Part shown: positions 45,784 through 54,276 of the stretch, piece after piece
Position numbering within the stretch: the first letter of the stretch is position 1
Layout: the number at the start of each line of letters is the position of its first letter
IMG/VR virus record: IMGVR_UViG_3300017989_000071
Coordinates: 32,001-96,000 of that record
DNA length: 64,000 nucleotides
Source: a virus
Strand: one strand, 5' to 3'
Translations under genes and position numbers: made by a program
Notes under the pieces: generated by a model
What the model was told of the DNA's origin: nothing
The model's input: the letters and a program-made list of their open reading frames with translations, nothing else
The model's database searches: none

Positions 45784-46605
45784 TTAGTATCCGAACCGTT
45801 CGGCTTGGGCGGCCTCCTGCGGACAGGGACCGGGATCGACGTGGGCCAACTCCTTCGGCACCTTCGGGAGCGGCTTCCAGCAAGTCGGCGTGGACAATTT
45901 ACACTCCTCCTCGTGGTCGATCCACCACGGCTCCGCGTCGCTGCCGATGAACTCGAAGTACCGCACGACCCGGTATTCCTTGCTGCGGGCGAAGTAGGCC
46001 AGCACGGGATCGCTGTCCTTGACCTTGGTTTCCTCACCCCGGACGTGTCGCGGGATCGGAACCGAGACCTCGGGCTTGCGCCACTCCTCCAGCTCCTTCA
46101 ACCGGTTCTTCAGCTCGGGGTAGGACGGCTCCGGGTTGGCATGGGGATCGAAGCCCCAGCCGTTCCGCTGCGATCCGCGCTTCGGGTCGAAGGTCACCCG
46201 GTCGATGACGTACTCGACGCTGTTGTGGATGTGGTCACCGTAGTAGTCGGCGTTGAATCCCCAATACTTCCGCTTGTTGCCGACACGCCCTTTCAACTTC
46301 CCCCCGAGACCGAGCAGGATATGCCCCTCGGAAACGGTGTAGGTCAGATCGAAGTAGGAATACCCGTCGTACCCACCGTACTCGTCCATGTCATGATGGC
46401 TGGCCGAAATGACCACCGCCGTCACGAAGCACTTCTCGTCGTGGCTCAGCAGATCGAAGTATTCATCGGTAGAGCACAGCCCCCGGCCCTTGATCCGGAT
46501 GCCGATCCCCTCGCACGAGAACCCCCCGCCACCGATCTGATCGTACAGAGCGTTGATGATCTTGTGGTTCAAGAGGTGTACTTGAAAGGTGCGAATGCTG
46601 TTCAT
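45784..46605 (-). CDS. hypothetical early protein with DUF551-like C-terminus
   Basis: ATG behind GAACGAGGAG; C-terminal TCWKPLPKVP. Confidence 0.6.
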   Translation of the reverse strand: MNSIRTFQVHLLNHKIINALYDQIGGGGFSCEGIGIRIKGRGLCSTDEYFDLLSHDEKCFVTAVVISASHHDMDEYGGYDGYSYFDLTYTVSEGHILLGLGGKLKGRVGNKRKYWGFNADYYGDHIHNSVEYVIDRVTFDPKRGSQRNGWGFDPHANPEPSYPELKNRLKELEEWRKPEVSVPIPRHVRGEETKVKDSDPVLAYFARSKEYRVVRYFEFIGSDAEPWWIDHEEECKLSTPTCWKPLPKVPKELAHVDPGPCPQEAAQAERFGY

Positions 46606-46628
46606 GTCGTTCTCCTCGTTCAAATTGT

Positions 46629-46877
46629 TTATTCGGCGAAGGATTCCCCGAGCAACGCCTCGAAGAATGCCACCCGTGCCTCGGCTCGATGTTTCATCTC
46701 TTCCGCCAGTAGCTTGAACATCCTCCCCCGCAAAATCTCTTTTTTGTATTCCGGACCACCGGACTTCAGCACCTCCTCGTACTCCGGGAGGTACCGCTCT
46801 TCGTACTCCCGAGCGGATTCGCGAGCGAGAGCGAGGTGGCCTTCGACCTTCTCGATTTCCTTGGCAGTCATTGTCAT
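46629..46877 (-). CDS. helical hypothetical early protein
   Basis: GAACGAGGAG RBS; own promoter. Confidence 0.6.
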   Translation of the reverse strand: MTMTAKEIEKVEGHLALARESAREYEERYLPEYEEVLKSGGPEYKKEILRGRMFKLLAEEMKHRAEARVAFFEALLGESFAE

Positions 46878-46906
46878 TCTCCTCGTTCGTTGTCATTGCT
46901 AATCGT

Positions 46907-46935
46907 ATGATAATACCTTTCGAGTACGATGTCAA
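46907..46935 (-). promoter_or_regulatory. early promoter, shared class
   Basis: TTGACA-TCGTACTCGAAAGGTAT-TATCAT. Confidence 0.82.
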
Positions 46936-46936
46936 G

Positions 46937-46964
46937 AAAAAAAAAGCCGGGGTCGATCCCCGGC
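46937..46964 (-). terminator. intrinsic terminator
   Basis: GCCGGGG/CCCCGGC stem followed by U9. Confidence 0.85.
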
Positions 46965-46969
46965 CTCTT

Positions 46970-47260
46970 CTACTTGAGATATTCGTCTGCGTACCGGGAC
47001 CAGTCCTCGTAGCTCAGGGTCTTGGCCCACCCCCGACAACCCTCCTCACTGGCCCATAGCCAATCGGCGAACTGGAAGGAGGTGGTGGCCGTCTGGTACT
47101 TGGCCCGGCTCTTCGAGATCACTTCGAGCTTCACCTTCTTCCTGCCGATGGCGATCACCTGACCGTGCCGGACCCGTGCGCCGTGGCGGGGGTCGTACCC
47201 CCCACCCACCCACCAGACCTTCAGGCCGGGGCGCACCTCTTGATTGTCTCTCGTCTGCAT
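46970..47260 (-). CDS. hypothetical protein (SH3/KOW-like)
   Basis: VRPGLKVWWV...GQVIAIGRKKVKLE. Confidence 0.55.
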   Translation of the reverse strand: MQTRDNQEVRPGLKVWWVGGGYDPRHGARVRHGQVIAIGRKKVKLEVISKSRAKYQTATTSFQFADWLWASEEGCRGWAKTLSYEDWSRYADEYLK

Positions 47261-47274
47261 CGTGGTCTACCTCC

Positions 47275-47598
47275 CTAGTTGTGCTTAATCGAGTACGTCA
47301 CCCGCTCGACGGTGAAACCGCTGTCCGGGTTGTTCGGATACTTCTTCTTCGTCTCCACCTTCCGGACGATCTTCATGCCCGGCTGGAAGTCGAACTCGTT
47401 CTCGTCCCGGTTGTGGGGCGACACTCGCGGCTCGACGTAGCCGCCCCCGAAACTGATCGTTACCGCCCAACGGTTAGCGAGCAACACGTGCTCCTCGCCG
47501 CGCCTCTCGATCCGGAACGGCCAGTCGTGTTTCCCGAGTAAGCGGGAGCCGCACAGCGGGTCGTTCAGGATCATCGTTTCGGTCTTGGGATTCTTCAT
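47275..47598 (-). CDS. hypothetical early protein
   Basis: ATG behind GAACGAGGAG. Confidence 0.6.
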   Translation of the reverse strand: MKNPKTETMILNDPLCGSRLLGKHDWPFRIERRGEEHVLLANRWAVTISFGGGYVEPRVSPHNRDENEFDFQPGMKIVRKVETKKKYPNNPDSGFTVERVTYSIKHN

Positions 47599-47632
47599 TT
47601 TTGTCTCCTCGTTCAGGTTGACAGGTACTCGT

Positions 47633-47661
47633 ATTATACCACGATTCGAGTACGATGTCAA
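47633..47661 (-). promoter_or_regulatory. early promoter, shared class, within an inverted repeat
   Basis: TTGACA-TCGTACTCGAATCGTGG-TATAAT; downstream CGAGTACCTGTCAA is its near mirror. Confidence 0.85.
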
Positions 47662-47664
47662 GCT

Positions 47665-47746
47665 AAAAAAAAAAGCCCGCCGACTTTGGGGAGCCGACGG
47701 GCTTTGTCTGTTCGTGCGGATGGGGTCCGCACCGGAACCTTGCACC
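47665..47746 (-). ncRNA. candidate small RNA of about 80 nt (promoter-seed-hairpin-terminator)
   Basis: 5' GGUGCAAGGUUCCG, hairpin GUGCGGA-CCCCA-UCCGCAC, terminator GCCCGUCGGCU-CCCCAA-AGUCGGCGGGC-U10; no AUG. Confidence 0.72.
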
Positions 47747-47750
47747 GAAT

Positions 47751-47779
47751 ATGATAATCCGATGCGTTTTCGTTGTCAA
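47751..47779 (-). promoter_or_regulatory. sigma70-type promoter of the candidate sRNA
   Basis: TTGACA-17 nt-TATCAT. Confidence 0.78.
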
Positions 47780-47786
47780 CTCAACG

Positions 47787-47819
47787 AGAGCGGCCCGGCG
47801 GGGTTACCGCCGGGCCGCT
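47787..47819 (-). terminator. perfect 14-bp hairpin, probable terminator or processing site
   Basis: GAGCGGCCCGGCGG-UAACC-CCGCCGGGCCGCUC; weak U tract. Confidence 0.5.
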
Positions 47820-47880
47820 CCCACGGGGGTTAATGGATTTTAGTCCATCAGGGGTCTTTCGAGCGGAATGTGGGAACCCG

Positions 47881-48696
47881 TCAGGCGGCGGCTTCTCCGA
47901 ACTCGTAAATCAGGCCGAGCCGCGTGAACAGCATCTTGCCGTAATTCGAGCTGGGAACGGCCACCCCCTCGAAGACGAAGGGCACCTGTGGACGTTTGCG
48001 GAGCTGGCTGAACCCGATGCCGATCTTCCCCATCGACACCTTCGATCCGATCTTGTCGAGCTTCCCGTTGCGGTCGAGGAGGGACACGTTCGAGCCGTCG
48101 CCGAAGACGGCGGCTTCCTGTCGGTAGTCTTTGACCAGCCCGGCGATCAGATCGCGGAAGTCGGCCACGTCCATCCCCTTCGGCATCGGCACCCACAAGC
48201 TGTCCTCCACCGAGTCGGTTACGATCCCCTGACGGATCGCTTCCGCCTTGGAAATCGTCTCCCCGGTCGGGAGGACAAACTTCGCATCCCCCTTGTCCGT
48301 GAGCTCGATGTCGATCACCCCGTCGGGTCCGTTCAGGACCAGCTTACCGAGCGAATCGTTCCACTCGTTCTTGTACGGGGGAACGCCCTCGATCCAGTGC
48401 CCGACCAACCGGGCCGCGCCCGCCTTCAGCGCGTTCAACCGCTGGATCAAATCGCGGTTCTGCCCGACGTTCGCCCTTCGCGAAACCGCCTTCCCGAACT
48501 CGTCGGTGTTTTTGAACGCCGTGAGGATCGCAAAGGGCTGTTTCGACTGGCGGAAGATGCGGGACAGGCTCGCCTCGTCGATTCGACCGAGGCAGGAACG
48601 AACATACTCGTTGTCGTCCTCGTTCGCCCCACGGATACGGGCCAACTCCTGCTCGATCTTTTCGTCCGCTTCGAGCAAGGTTCGTTTATCGGTCAT
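47881..48696 (-). CDS. DUF3293-related phage protein
   Basis: EASLSRIF...FAILTAFK...QNRDLIQRL...LVGHWIE. Confidence 0.55.
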   Translation of the reverse strand: MTDKRTLLEADEKIEQELARIRGANEDDNEYVRSCLGRIDEASLSRIFRQSKQPFAILTAFKNTDEFGKAVSRRANVGQNRDLIQRLNALKAGAARLVGHWIEGVPPYKNEWNDSLGKLVLNGPDGVIDIELTDKGDAKFVLPTGETISKAEAIRQGIVTDSVEDSLWVPMPKGMDVADFRDLIAGLVKDYRQEAAVFGDGSNVSLLDRNGKLDKIGSKVSMGKIGIGFSQLRKRPQVPFVFEGVAVPSSNYGKMLFTRLGLIYEFGEAAA

Positions 48697-48732
48697 GCAG
48701 ACCTCCTTCCTGCGACATGAATCGCGCTACGA

Positions 48733-48761
48733 ATCATATACCGTCTTACGTCGTTTGTCAA
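48733..48761 (-). promoter_or_regulatory. sigma70-type promoter
   Basis: TTGACA-17 nt-TATGAT. Confidence 0.7.
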
Positions 48762-49543
48762 GCTTCGTGGATCAGGAGGAACGACCACCGATTCACGGAT
48801 ACGTTCTCGGAAAAAGCCCTCGGCAGGATGGGCATCCATTGATGATCGGTCATTCCCCCACGGTTCGGAGAGTAGATCACCCGGACCCGATTCTGGTCAA
48901 TCGCGTCGAGGATCGGTGTCGTTGGGAGGACCGGATAGGCCATTCGCATCGCGGCGAGGTTCTTCAACCCCTTCTCGATCCGCTTTTGGCTGGCCTGTCG
49001 GAGATACTTCTTCCGCCACTGGATGATCGGACCGCGATCCTTCGGTTTGATTTCCGTCAGATCGCCGCCCCAGCACTTCCCCTCTTCGGCCATCATGCCG
49101 AAAGTCATTAACGCATCGAGGAACGGGTCCAGACTGACCGGATCGTTGAAGGCGTGGTACATCACTGTCGCCAGCTCGGGAGATACCCCGAGGAGAGGCA
49201 GGCGCAGCGCGTAGGTGTTGACCAAATGCTCCCACGGATACCCCTCGTGGTTGAGAAGCCACGGCAGGTAAAGCTTGAGGTGCCCGGAGAGCCGCGCCGC
49301 GATCCAATGGTTTTCGGCTATCGTAACCGGCTTCCCGTTCGGCACCGGATACTCGATGTTCCCCGAGCGATAGATACGGTCGAGAGCTTCGAGGATATGC
49401 CTGCCGAGGCGGTCTTCATCTTCATCGTCGTAGATGTCGAGATCACCCCCGAGAACCTTTCCCAAGAGCTCCAACTGCTCCCGCCACCCCGACTTCTGCA
49501 TCGTCGTCCGGAACGTGTTTGCCGTCATTCGGTCGCTCATCAC
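48758..49543 (-). CDS. hypothetical protein
   Basis: 261-aa ORF with GGAGG SD. Confidence 0.6.
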   Translation of the reverse strand: MMSDRMTANTFRTTMQKSGWREQLELLGKVLGGDLDIYDDEDEDRLGRHILEALDRIYRSGNIEYPVPNGKPVTIAENHWIAARLSGHLKLYLPWLLNHEGYPWEHLVNTYALRLPLLGVSPELATVMYHAFNDPVSLDPFLDALMTFGMMAEEGKCWGGDLTEIKPKDRGPIIQWRKKYLRQASQKRIEKGLKNLAAMRMAYPVLPTTPILDAIDQNRVRVIYSPNRGGMTDHQWMPILPRAFSENVSVNRWSFLLIHEA

Positions 49544-49838
49544 TTCCTCCCTGACTAATGATCGTACACCCCGTTCGGCTCACGAAGCCGATGTTCCTGT
49601 CGATGCCGTGTTTCTCGTCCAAATTCTGCATCTCGTCGATAGCGTTGGCGGCATCGTTCAACAGCAAAACTAACTTCGGAAGGTCGTCCGGGCGGTAGTG
49701 GGCATCCCTGCGCCACGCGCCCCGGACCACGCGCCAGATCACGGTGTCGTAGTATACCTGATCCGGATGCGGATTTCGATAGACCACGACCGCGACGTAG
49801 CGATCCTTGAATAATTTGACGGCATTATCTCCGAGCAC
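49443..49838 (-). CDS. hypothetical protein
   Basis: 131-aa ORF downstream of head gene. Confidence 0.45.
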   Translation of the reverse strand: MLGDNAVKLFKDRYVAVVVYRNPHPDQVYYDTVIWRVVRGAWRRDAHYRPDDLPKLVLLLNDAANAIDEMQNLDEKHGIDRNIGFVSRTGCTIISQGGSDERPNDGKHVPDDDAEVGVAGAVGALGKGSRG

Positions 49839-50775
49839 GCTTCTTTACCTTTCGTCGATCTTTCAGGATGCGGCGGATCATCGTCTGCGACTTCCGATTC
49901 CGCCGGAATGTTTGCTTGTACTTCGCCGGGGTGGCGTCCTCGAAACGCAACCGGCAGCGGCAGTTATCTAAACATCTCGTGAGTCCGGCCTTCGGGGTTG
50001 TCGGGAGTCTGGACTTCACATACGGCGAGCTGCGCCACAGGGTCTTACAATCCGGGCAGGCTTTCCGATCTTCGAGAATCCAGTGAATCACCGTGTTTGG
50101 GGGAACGACCATCACCCGGCCCGCGTGGAAGATCGAATTGACGGTCTTCACGTATCGCCCCAACCGCTTCTCGACCGACTGGCGAGAGCGATCCTTGGCG
50201 ATGTCCTTGATGAGGCGGTTGAAGTATTTGAACTCGTGCTTGATCGCGGAATCGACCCACTGCCGGTCGTCCGGCTGAAGGTCAACCAACTTCGCCTTCC
50301 TCAATCCGGGAATCCCCGACGCTCTCACCCCAAGGATGAACGCACCGAGGTAGGCGGTCTTCAACTGTGCCTTCGCCCGCTCGCTGAACTGGCGCAGCGA
50401 GAACTCCCCGCCCTGATACTGGCGGTAGAGCTTGACCAACTGCCCTTCGAGCAGATCGAGCCGCTTCTTCATCGACCGGGACGATGAAGTAGTCGCGGAG
50501 TGTCGAATCTTTTTGAGCGCATCCCCGTAGAAGGATCGCGCTCCGGCGGCGGTGAGGCTGTGGGCGACCATATCGCCCTTCAGCGATCCGAGGTACTTGG
50601 CCTCGATGATCTGCCGCAGGTTGAGGAGCACATCGACGACAATTACATCGACGGCTCCCTGATCCGGATCGAGATCGAGCTCGGAGACAACGTATTCCCG
50701 CAGATCGTCGAGGATCGCGGCATCAACGGTGTCGCCGTCCCAAACCCAATCATAGGTCTTCGTCGCCCTCGGCAT
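49825..50775 (-). CDS. head morphogenesis protein (Mu gpF/SPP1 gp7-like)
   Basis: HWILEDRKACPDC...PTTP...CLDNCRCRL; adjacent to portal. Confidence 0.65.
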   Translation of the reverse strand: MPRATKTYDWVWDGDTVDAAILDDLREYVVSELDLDPDQGAVDVIVVDVLLNLRQIIEAKYLGSLKGDMVAHSLTAAGARSFYGDALKKIRHSATTSSSRSMKKRLDLLEGQLVKLYRQYQGGEFSLRQFSERAKAQLKTAYLGAFILGVRASGIPGLRKAKLVDLQPDDRQWVDSAIKHEFKYFNRLIKDIAKDRSRQSVEKRLGRYVKTVNSIFHAGRVMVVPPNTVIHWILEDRKACPDCKTLWRSSPYVKSRLPTTPKAGLTRCLDNCRCRLRFEDATPAKYKQTFRRNRKSQTMIRRILKDRRKVKKRARR

Positions 50776-52639
50776 CTTCTTCCTCGGGATCGACGTACTC
50801 TCGGAGATGTTTCATATTGACCCGGCCCGGCGTTTGGTTTCGGCGCGGACGGGGGCGTTCACCGCCTTCTCCATCGCCCTTCACCTCGGCTACCAGCTCG
50901 CGGATCGCTTTCGACAATGCCTCACGAAGAGCCTGCTTGTCGATCTGCGTTTCTTCCCCCTCTTCCCCGGTCTCGATGCTTTGTTCCATCTCTTTCCCGA
51001 AGCGTTTGAGCTCATCCGCCGACAAACCAACCACGTTTGTCAGGATGTAGATGCGCCACGTTACCGGATCGAGGCCGAACTGGTCGCCCATTTCGAGCAT
51101 CCGCTGCGCCACGTCGAGCTTGGTCTCCATCGCTTCGAGCCGCTGAAGGAGCTCGATCTGCGACGGTTCGACCATCCGCAACTTGAACGATCCGACGATC
51201 TGGGACGCCTTCTCCGCGATCTGCATGAAGATACTCTCGGTATCGACGCGGACTTCCTTCCCGTTCGATTCGTAAAGCACCTCCTCGGGAACGGCGTCGA
51301 GGTGGCCCCGAAGAATCTTTTCCCACAGCTCATCCCCGATTCCATACTGCTCCTTGATACTCGGTACGATGTCGCGGAGCAGGAGGTGGATTTCGCACAG
51401 CGTTGTCAGGCCGGTGATAATCGCCCGCTGAATTTTCTTGACCCCTCGGGCGAAGCGCACGTCCTGCGAGCTCAGGGTGTTCGCCGCATCCACATCCCCT
51501 TCGTATCCGAAATAGGCTTTCGGAGCTCGCAGACCGGCGAAAAGTTTATTGATGAAATTGTCGTAATCGACCGCATCGGTGACCGAACCGGCAGCGGGTA
51601 GTACATCGACGCGGCTGTTCTGGCGATCTCCACGTACAGGATAGAAAATATCGTCGTCAAACGACATAGGGTTGTAGAGAACATCGAACTCTCCGGTCAG
51701 GGGATTCTTGAACTCCCGCTTCTTCATCGCGAGTCGCCAAGTCCGCAAGGTCTCGGTGACTTGCGCCGGGCTGGAGGTGGGACCGACATCGACGTAGTAG
51801 ATGAACCGATCCACGGATTTCGTGAGTCGGTAGATCATCATCAACTCTTCGAGCAGGCGGACCTGCTTGCCGGTGCGTTCGACGTTGTAGAGGAGGGAGG
51901 TGCCGTAGATGTAGGGATCGAGGCCGGGGTCGTTGTACTTCCACTTCTTCGTCTTGCGCGAGTAGATGCGGAAGTGAATGATGTCCCACGCCATCCACAG
52001 GTCTTCTTCATCGACCGTGGTGGCCGCGAGGTTGTCGAGCAAGGCAAACCCGTAGAGATTGCCCCGTTCGTCTTCGACCCGTTCGACCATTCGGGGATCG
52101 AGCCACTGGATATTCAGGATGCCGTCCGCGCTGTTCGGATCGTAATGGTTCCGCATAAAGTCGTCGCCGTTCTGCGCGACATCGTGCGCCAGACCCTCGA
52201 TCCACTCTTCGACATTGATCGTATCGAAGAGCTGATGGATCGCGGTGACGACCTTCTTCTCCTCGGACTCGGCCCAGACAGTCCGTTGCTTGTCCTGATT
52301 GAACTGCGTGGCGTCTTCCGCATAGCCATCGAGCACGGAACCGATCTCGGGAACCCGGCTGATCTCCTCGTAGATGTTATACATCTTGATTCGATCCGCC
52401 GACGTTTCCATGTACTGCGCGTACTTCAGGAACCAGTTTTTCGAGAGCAAGCCATCACCGCCGAAGACGGCACCCGCCATCCCCATATTGGATTGCGGGG
52501 AGTCAGGACCAGAGACCGGCGGGGGTGCCTGCTTGGCCTTCCCGCCGAAGAGATCGAACAGCGAACCGAGACGCCCTTTCGGCCTGTCGGTCGAGTAGGT
52601 GCCCTGCGGCACAACGATTTCGATGACTTGCTTATCCAT
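50750..52639 (-). CDS. portal protein (T4 gp20-like)
   Basis: YEEISRVPEIGSVLDGYAEDA, LLEELMMIYRLTK..DRFIYYVDVG, DDIFYPVRG, KLFAGLRAPKAY, QDVRFAR. Confidence 0.9.
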   Translation of the reverse strand: MDKQVIEIVVPQGTYSTDRPKGRLGSLFDLFGGKAKQAPPPVSGPDSPQSNMGMAGAVFGGDGLLSKNWFLKYAQYMETSADRIKMYNIYEEISRVPEIGSVLDGYAEDATQFNQDKQRTVWAESEEKKVVTAIHQLFDTINVEEWIEGLAHDVAQNGDDFMRNHYDPNSADGILNIQWLDPRMVERVEDERGNLYGFALLDNLAATTVDEEDLWMAWDIIHFRIYSRKTKKWKYNDPGLDPYIYGTSLLYNVERTGKQVRLLEELMMIYRLTKSVDRFIYYVDVGPTSSPAQVTETLRTWRLAMKKREFKNPLTGEFDVLYNPMSFDDDIFYPVRGDRQNSRVDVLPAAGSVTDAVDYDNFINKLFAGLRAPKAYFGYEGDVDAANTLSSQDVRFARGVKKIQRAIITGLTTLCEIHLLLRDIVPSIKEQYGIGDELWEKILRGHLDAVPEEVLYESNGKEVRVDTESIFMQIAEKASQIVGSFKLRMVEPSQIELLQRLEAMETKLDVAQRMLEMGDQFGLDPVTWRIYILTNVVGLSADELKRFGKEMEQSIETGEEGEETQIDKQALREALSKAIRELVAEVKGDGEGGERPRPRRNQTPGRVNMKHLREYVDPEEEDAEGDEDL

Positions 52640-52643
52640 GCTC

Positions 52644-52907
52644 CTATCGCTCCGCGTTGTAGGCTTTAATTTCCGCCTCGTACTGTTTCCCCCACCGGAT
52701 CAGCATCCCAAGGTTCTCCTCGATCTTCTCGAAGTCCTCAGCCTGCATAACAGCCTGTTCGTCGGGGGTCAAGGTCACCGCATACCCCGAGTGGAGCTGC
52801 GGGCGAGGAAGCACAGGCAGCTCGGGACACTTGCAGCGGCGGCTGACGCAGCTACTCGCCCCGATTGAAATCAGAAAAATCGTGAGTAACGCCGTCGGTG
52901 GTCTCAT
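52644..52907 (-). CDS. o-spanin-like lipoprotein
   Basis: Signal peptide ending GASSC, Pro-rich; overlaps the i-spanin 3' end. Confidence 0.65.
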   Translation of the reverse strand: MRPPTALLTIFLISIGASSCVSRRCKCPELPVLPRPQLHSGYAVTLTPDEQAVMQAEDFEKIEENLGMLIRWGKQYEAEIKAYNAER

Positions 52908-53100
52908 CCCGAAAGCCCTCCACGGTTGTCTCCACATCCTCGACCTCCTCGATGGCTTCGTCCACCGCCCGATCCACTTCGAGCTGATGGACACGCTCCT
53001 CGGCCCGCTTCAAACGATAATCCCGATACCACGCCCACGCGGCACCGAGAATCTTGAAGAGGGAAGCGATGCCCGAGAGGATTTTCAAAATCATCGTCAT
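52852..53100 (-). CDS. i-spanin-like protein
   Basis: N-terminal TM helix followed by coiled coil; lysis-cassette position. Confidence 0.6.
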   Translation of the reverse strand: MTMILKILSGIASLFKILGAAWAWYRDYRLKRAEERVHQLEVDRAVDEAIEEVEDVETTVEGFRDETTDGVTHDFSDFNRGE

Positions 53101-53498
53101 TCGGCGGAACCCGGACCGGGAGGTACATTCCGGGGGATACTCGGAGCTGGGGGATTATTCGGCTTCCCTTTTCCGTTCTTCCGCTTCTTCCTCGGAACGA
53201 CAATCGGTGCGTTCTTCGACATCTCGTAGGTCGCCTGAGAGGACTGCGCCCCACTGACGACTGCCATGTAAACGCACACCCACTCTACCCACGTCGGGGG
53301 ATGGACCATTGCCGTTGCCACCCCGCCGACTACCAACCCAACGATGGTCGGCAGGTAGTAGTTGAGCTTCTTGTTATCCACGAAGGCACGGATGATCGCC
53401 GTCACCTTCGGTGTGAGGAAGTACATGAACCCCATCGCCGAGGCCATCAAGACCCCGATATTATCCATGACGTTCTGGATGGATGTCGGCTCAGCCAT
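53097..53498 (-). CDS. holin-like membrane protein
   Basis: Three hydrophobic segments, basic C-terminal tail; between endolysin and spanins. Confidence 0.68.
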   Translation of the reverse strand: MAEPTSIQNVMDNIGVLMASAMGFMYFLTPKVTAIIRAFVDNKKLNYYLPTIVGLVVGGVATAMVHPPTWVEWVCVYMAVVSGAQSSQATYEMSKNAPIVVPRKKRKNGKGKPNNPPAPSIPRNVPPGPGSAE

Positions 53499-54276
53499 TG
53501 TCGTTCTCCCTGATCTTCGAGAGCTCATGGGCGAGGGACGATTGCGTCTTCGTCGTGAACTCCCCGAGGGGCGAGATTCCCTTCTCGCTCTGATACCGGT
53601 ACAAGGCCCGCTTTGACAGCGGCCCCCAAATCCCGTCGATTTCTCCGGTGTAGTAGCCGAGGCGTTTCAACCCCTCCTGATACCACCGGAGCATACTGTG
53701 CTCTCCATTATCCGGTTCGGGGGTTCTTCGCACCGCGTCGATAATTCGTTGGAGGGTGTATCCCGGACACGCCGGTTTACCGAAGTGGTAGTGACCGTAG
53801 AGATCGCTCGGACCGAAGCCAAACACGTTGAGCAAAACCTTCCAGAGCTGAAGTCCGGAGATGATCTGATCGGTACTCGGCTCGCCGATGTTTTTCCCCG
53901 AGACACCCCGACCGGCGAAAAGTCCCTCGAACATCACCGAGATAAATTCCGCGTTCTCGTCGCCCGGCCTCTCCTTCGTTCCCTGCGACCACGGCTTCGC
54001 TTCGAGATCGTTGCAGAGCAGGACTTCCCCATCACGGCGAATCGCAAAGGTATAGGCAATGGACGGCAGACCGCCGGGGAGGAGATGATTATCGGGGCCG
54101 ATGTGGTAGCGGGCCACGTCCTCCACGGTTCCCCATCCCAACGCCTGATGCCACACTACCCCCTTGAGCTGAAATAAATCCCGCCGGTCCCACGTTGCCC
54201 CCTCCTTGGAGGGCAACAGGGAACGGGCATCCGTTATTCCGGCCTGAAGAATCTGGTCTTGTTTTTCGCTGGACAT
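53491..54276 (-). CDS. endolysin: N-acetylmuramoyl-L-alanine amidase plus PG-binding domain
   Basis: VVWHQ, YTFAIRRDG, YGHYHFGKPACPG; GYYTGEIDGIWGPLS..AL..YQ. Confidence 0.88.
   Translation of the reverse strand: MSSEKQDQILQAGITDARSLLPSKEGATWDRRDLFQLKGVVWHQALGWGTVEDVARYHIGPDNHLLPGGLPSIAYTFAIRRDGEVLLCNDLEAKPWSQGTKERPGDENAEFISVMFEGLFAGRGVSGKNIGEPSTDQIISGLQLWKVLLNVFGFGPSDLYGHYHFGKPACPGYTLQRIIDAVRRTPEPDNGEHSMLRWYQEGLKRLGYYTGEIDGIWGPLSKRALYRYQSEKGISPLGEFTTKTQSSLAHELSKIRENDNG

Noticed and set aside
33700-47670. Repeated 30-36-nt units as a CRISPR array or integron attC sites
   Set aside because: Irregular kilobase spacing; the units are sigma70 promoters; no integrase or attC-type structure seen
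47275-47745. Leaderless GTG-started 156-aa ORF through the sRNA unit
   Set aside because: It would read through a U10 terminator and a promoter; the real start at 47598 has the shared RBS
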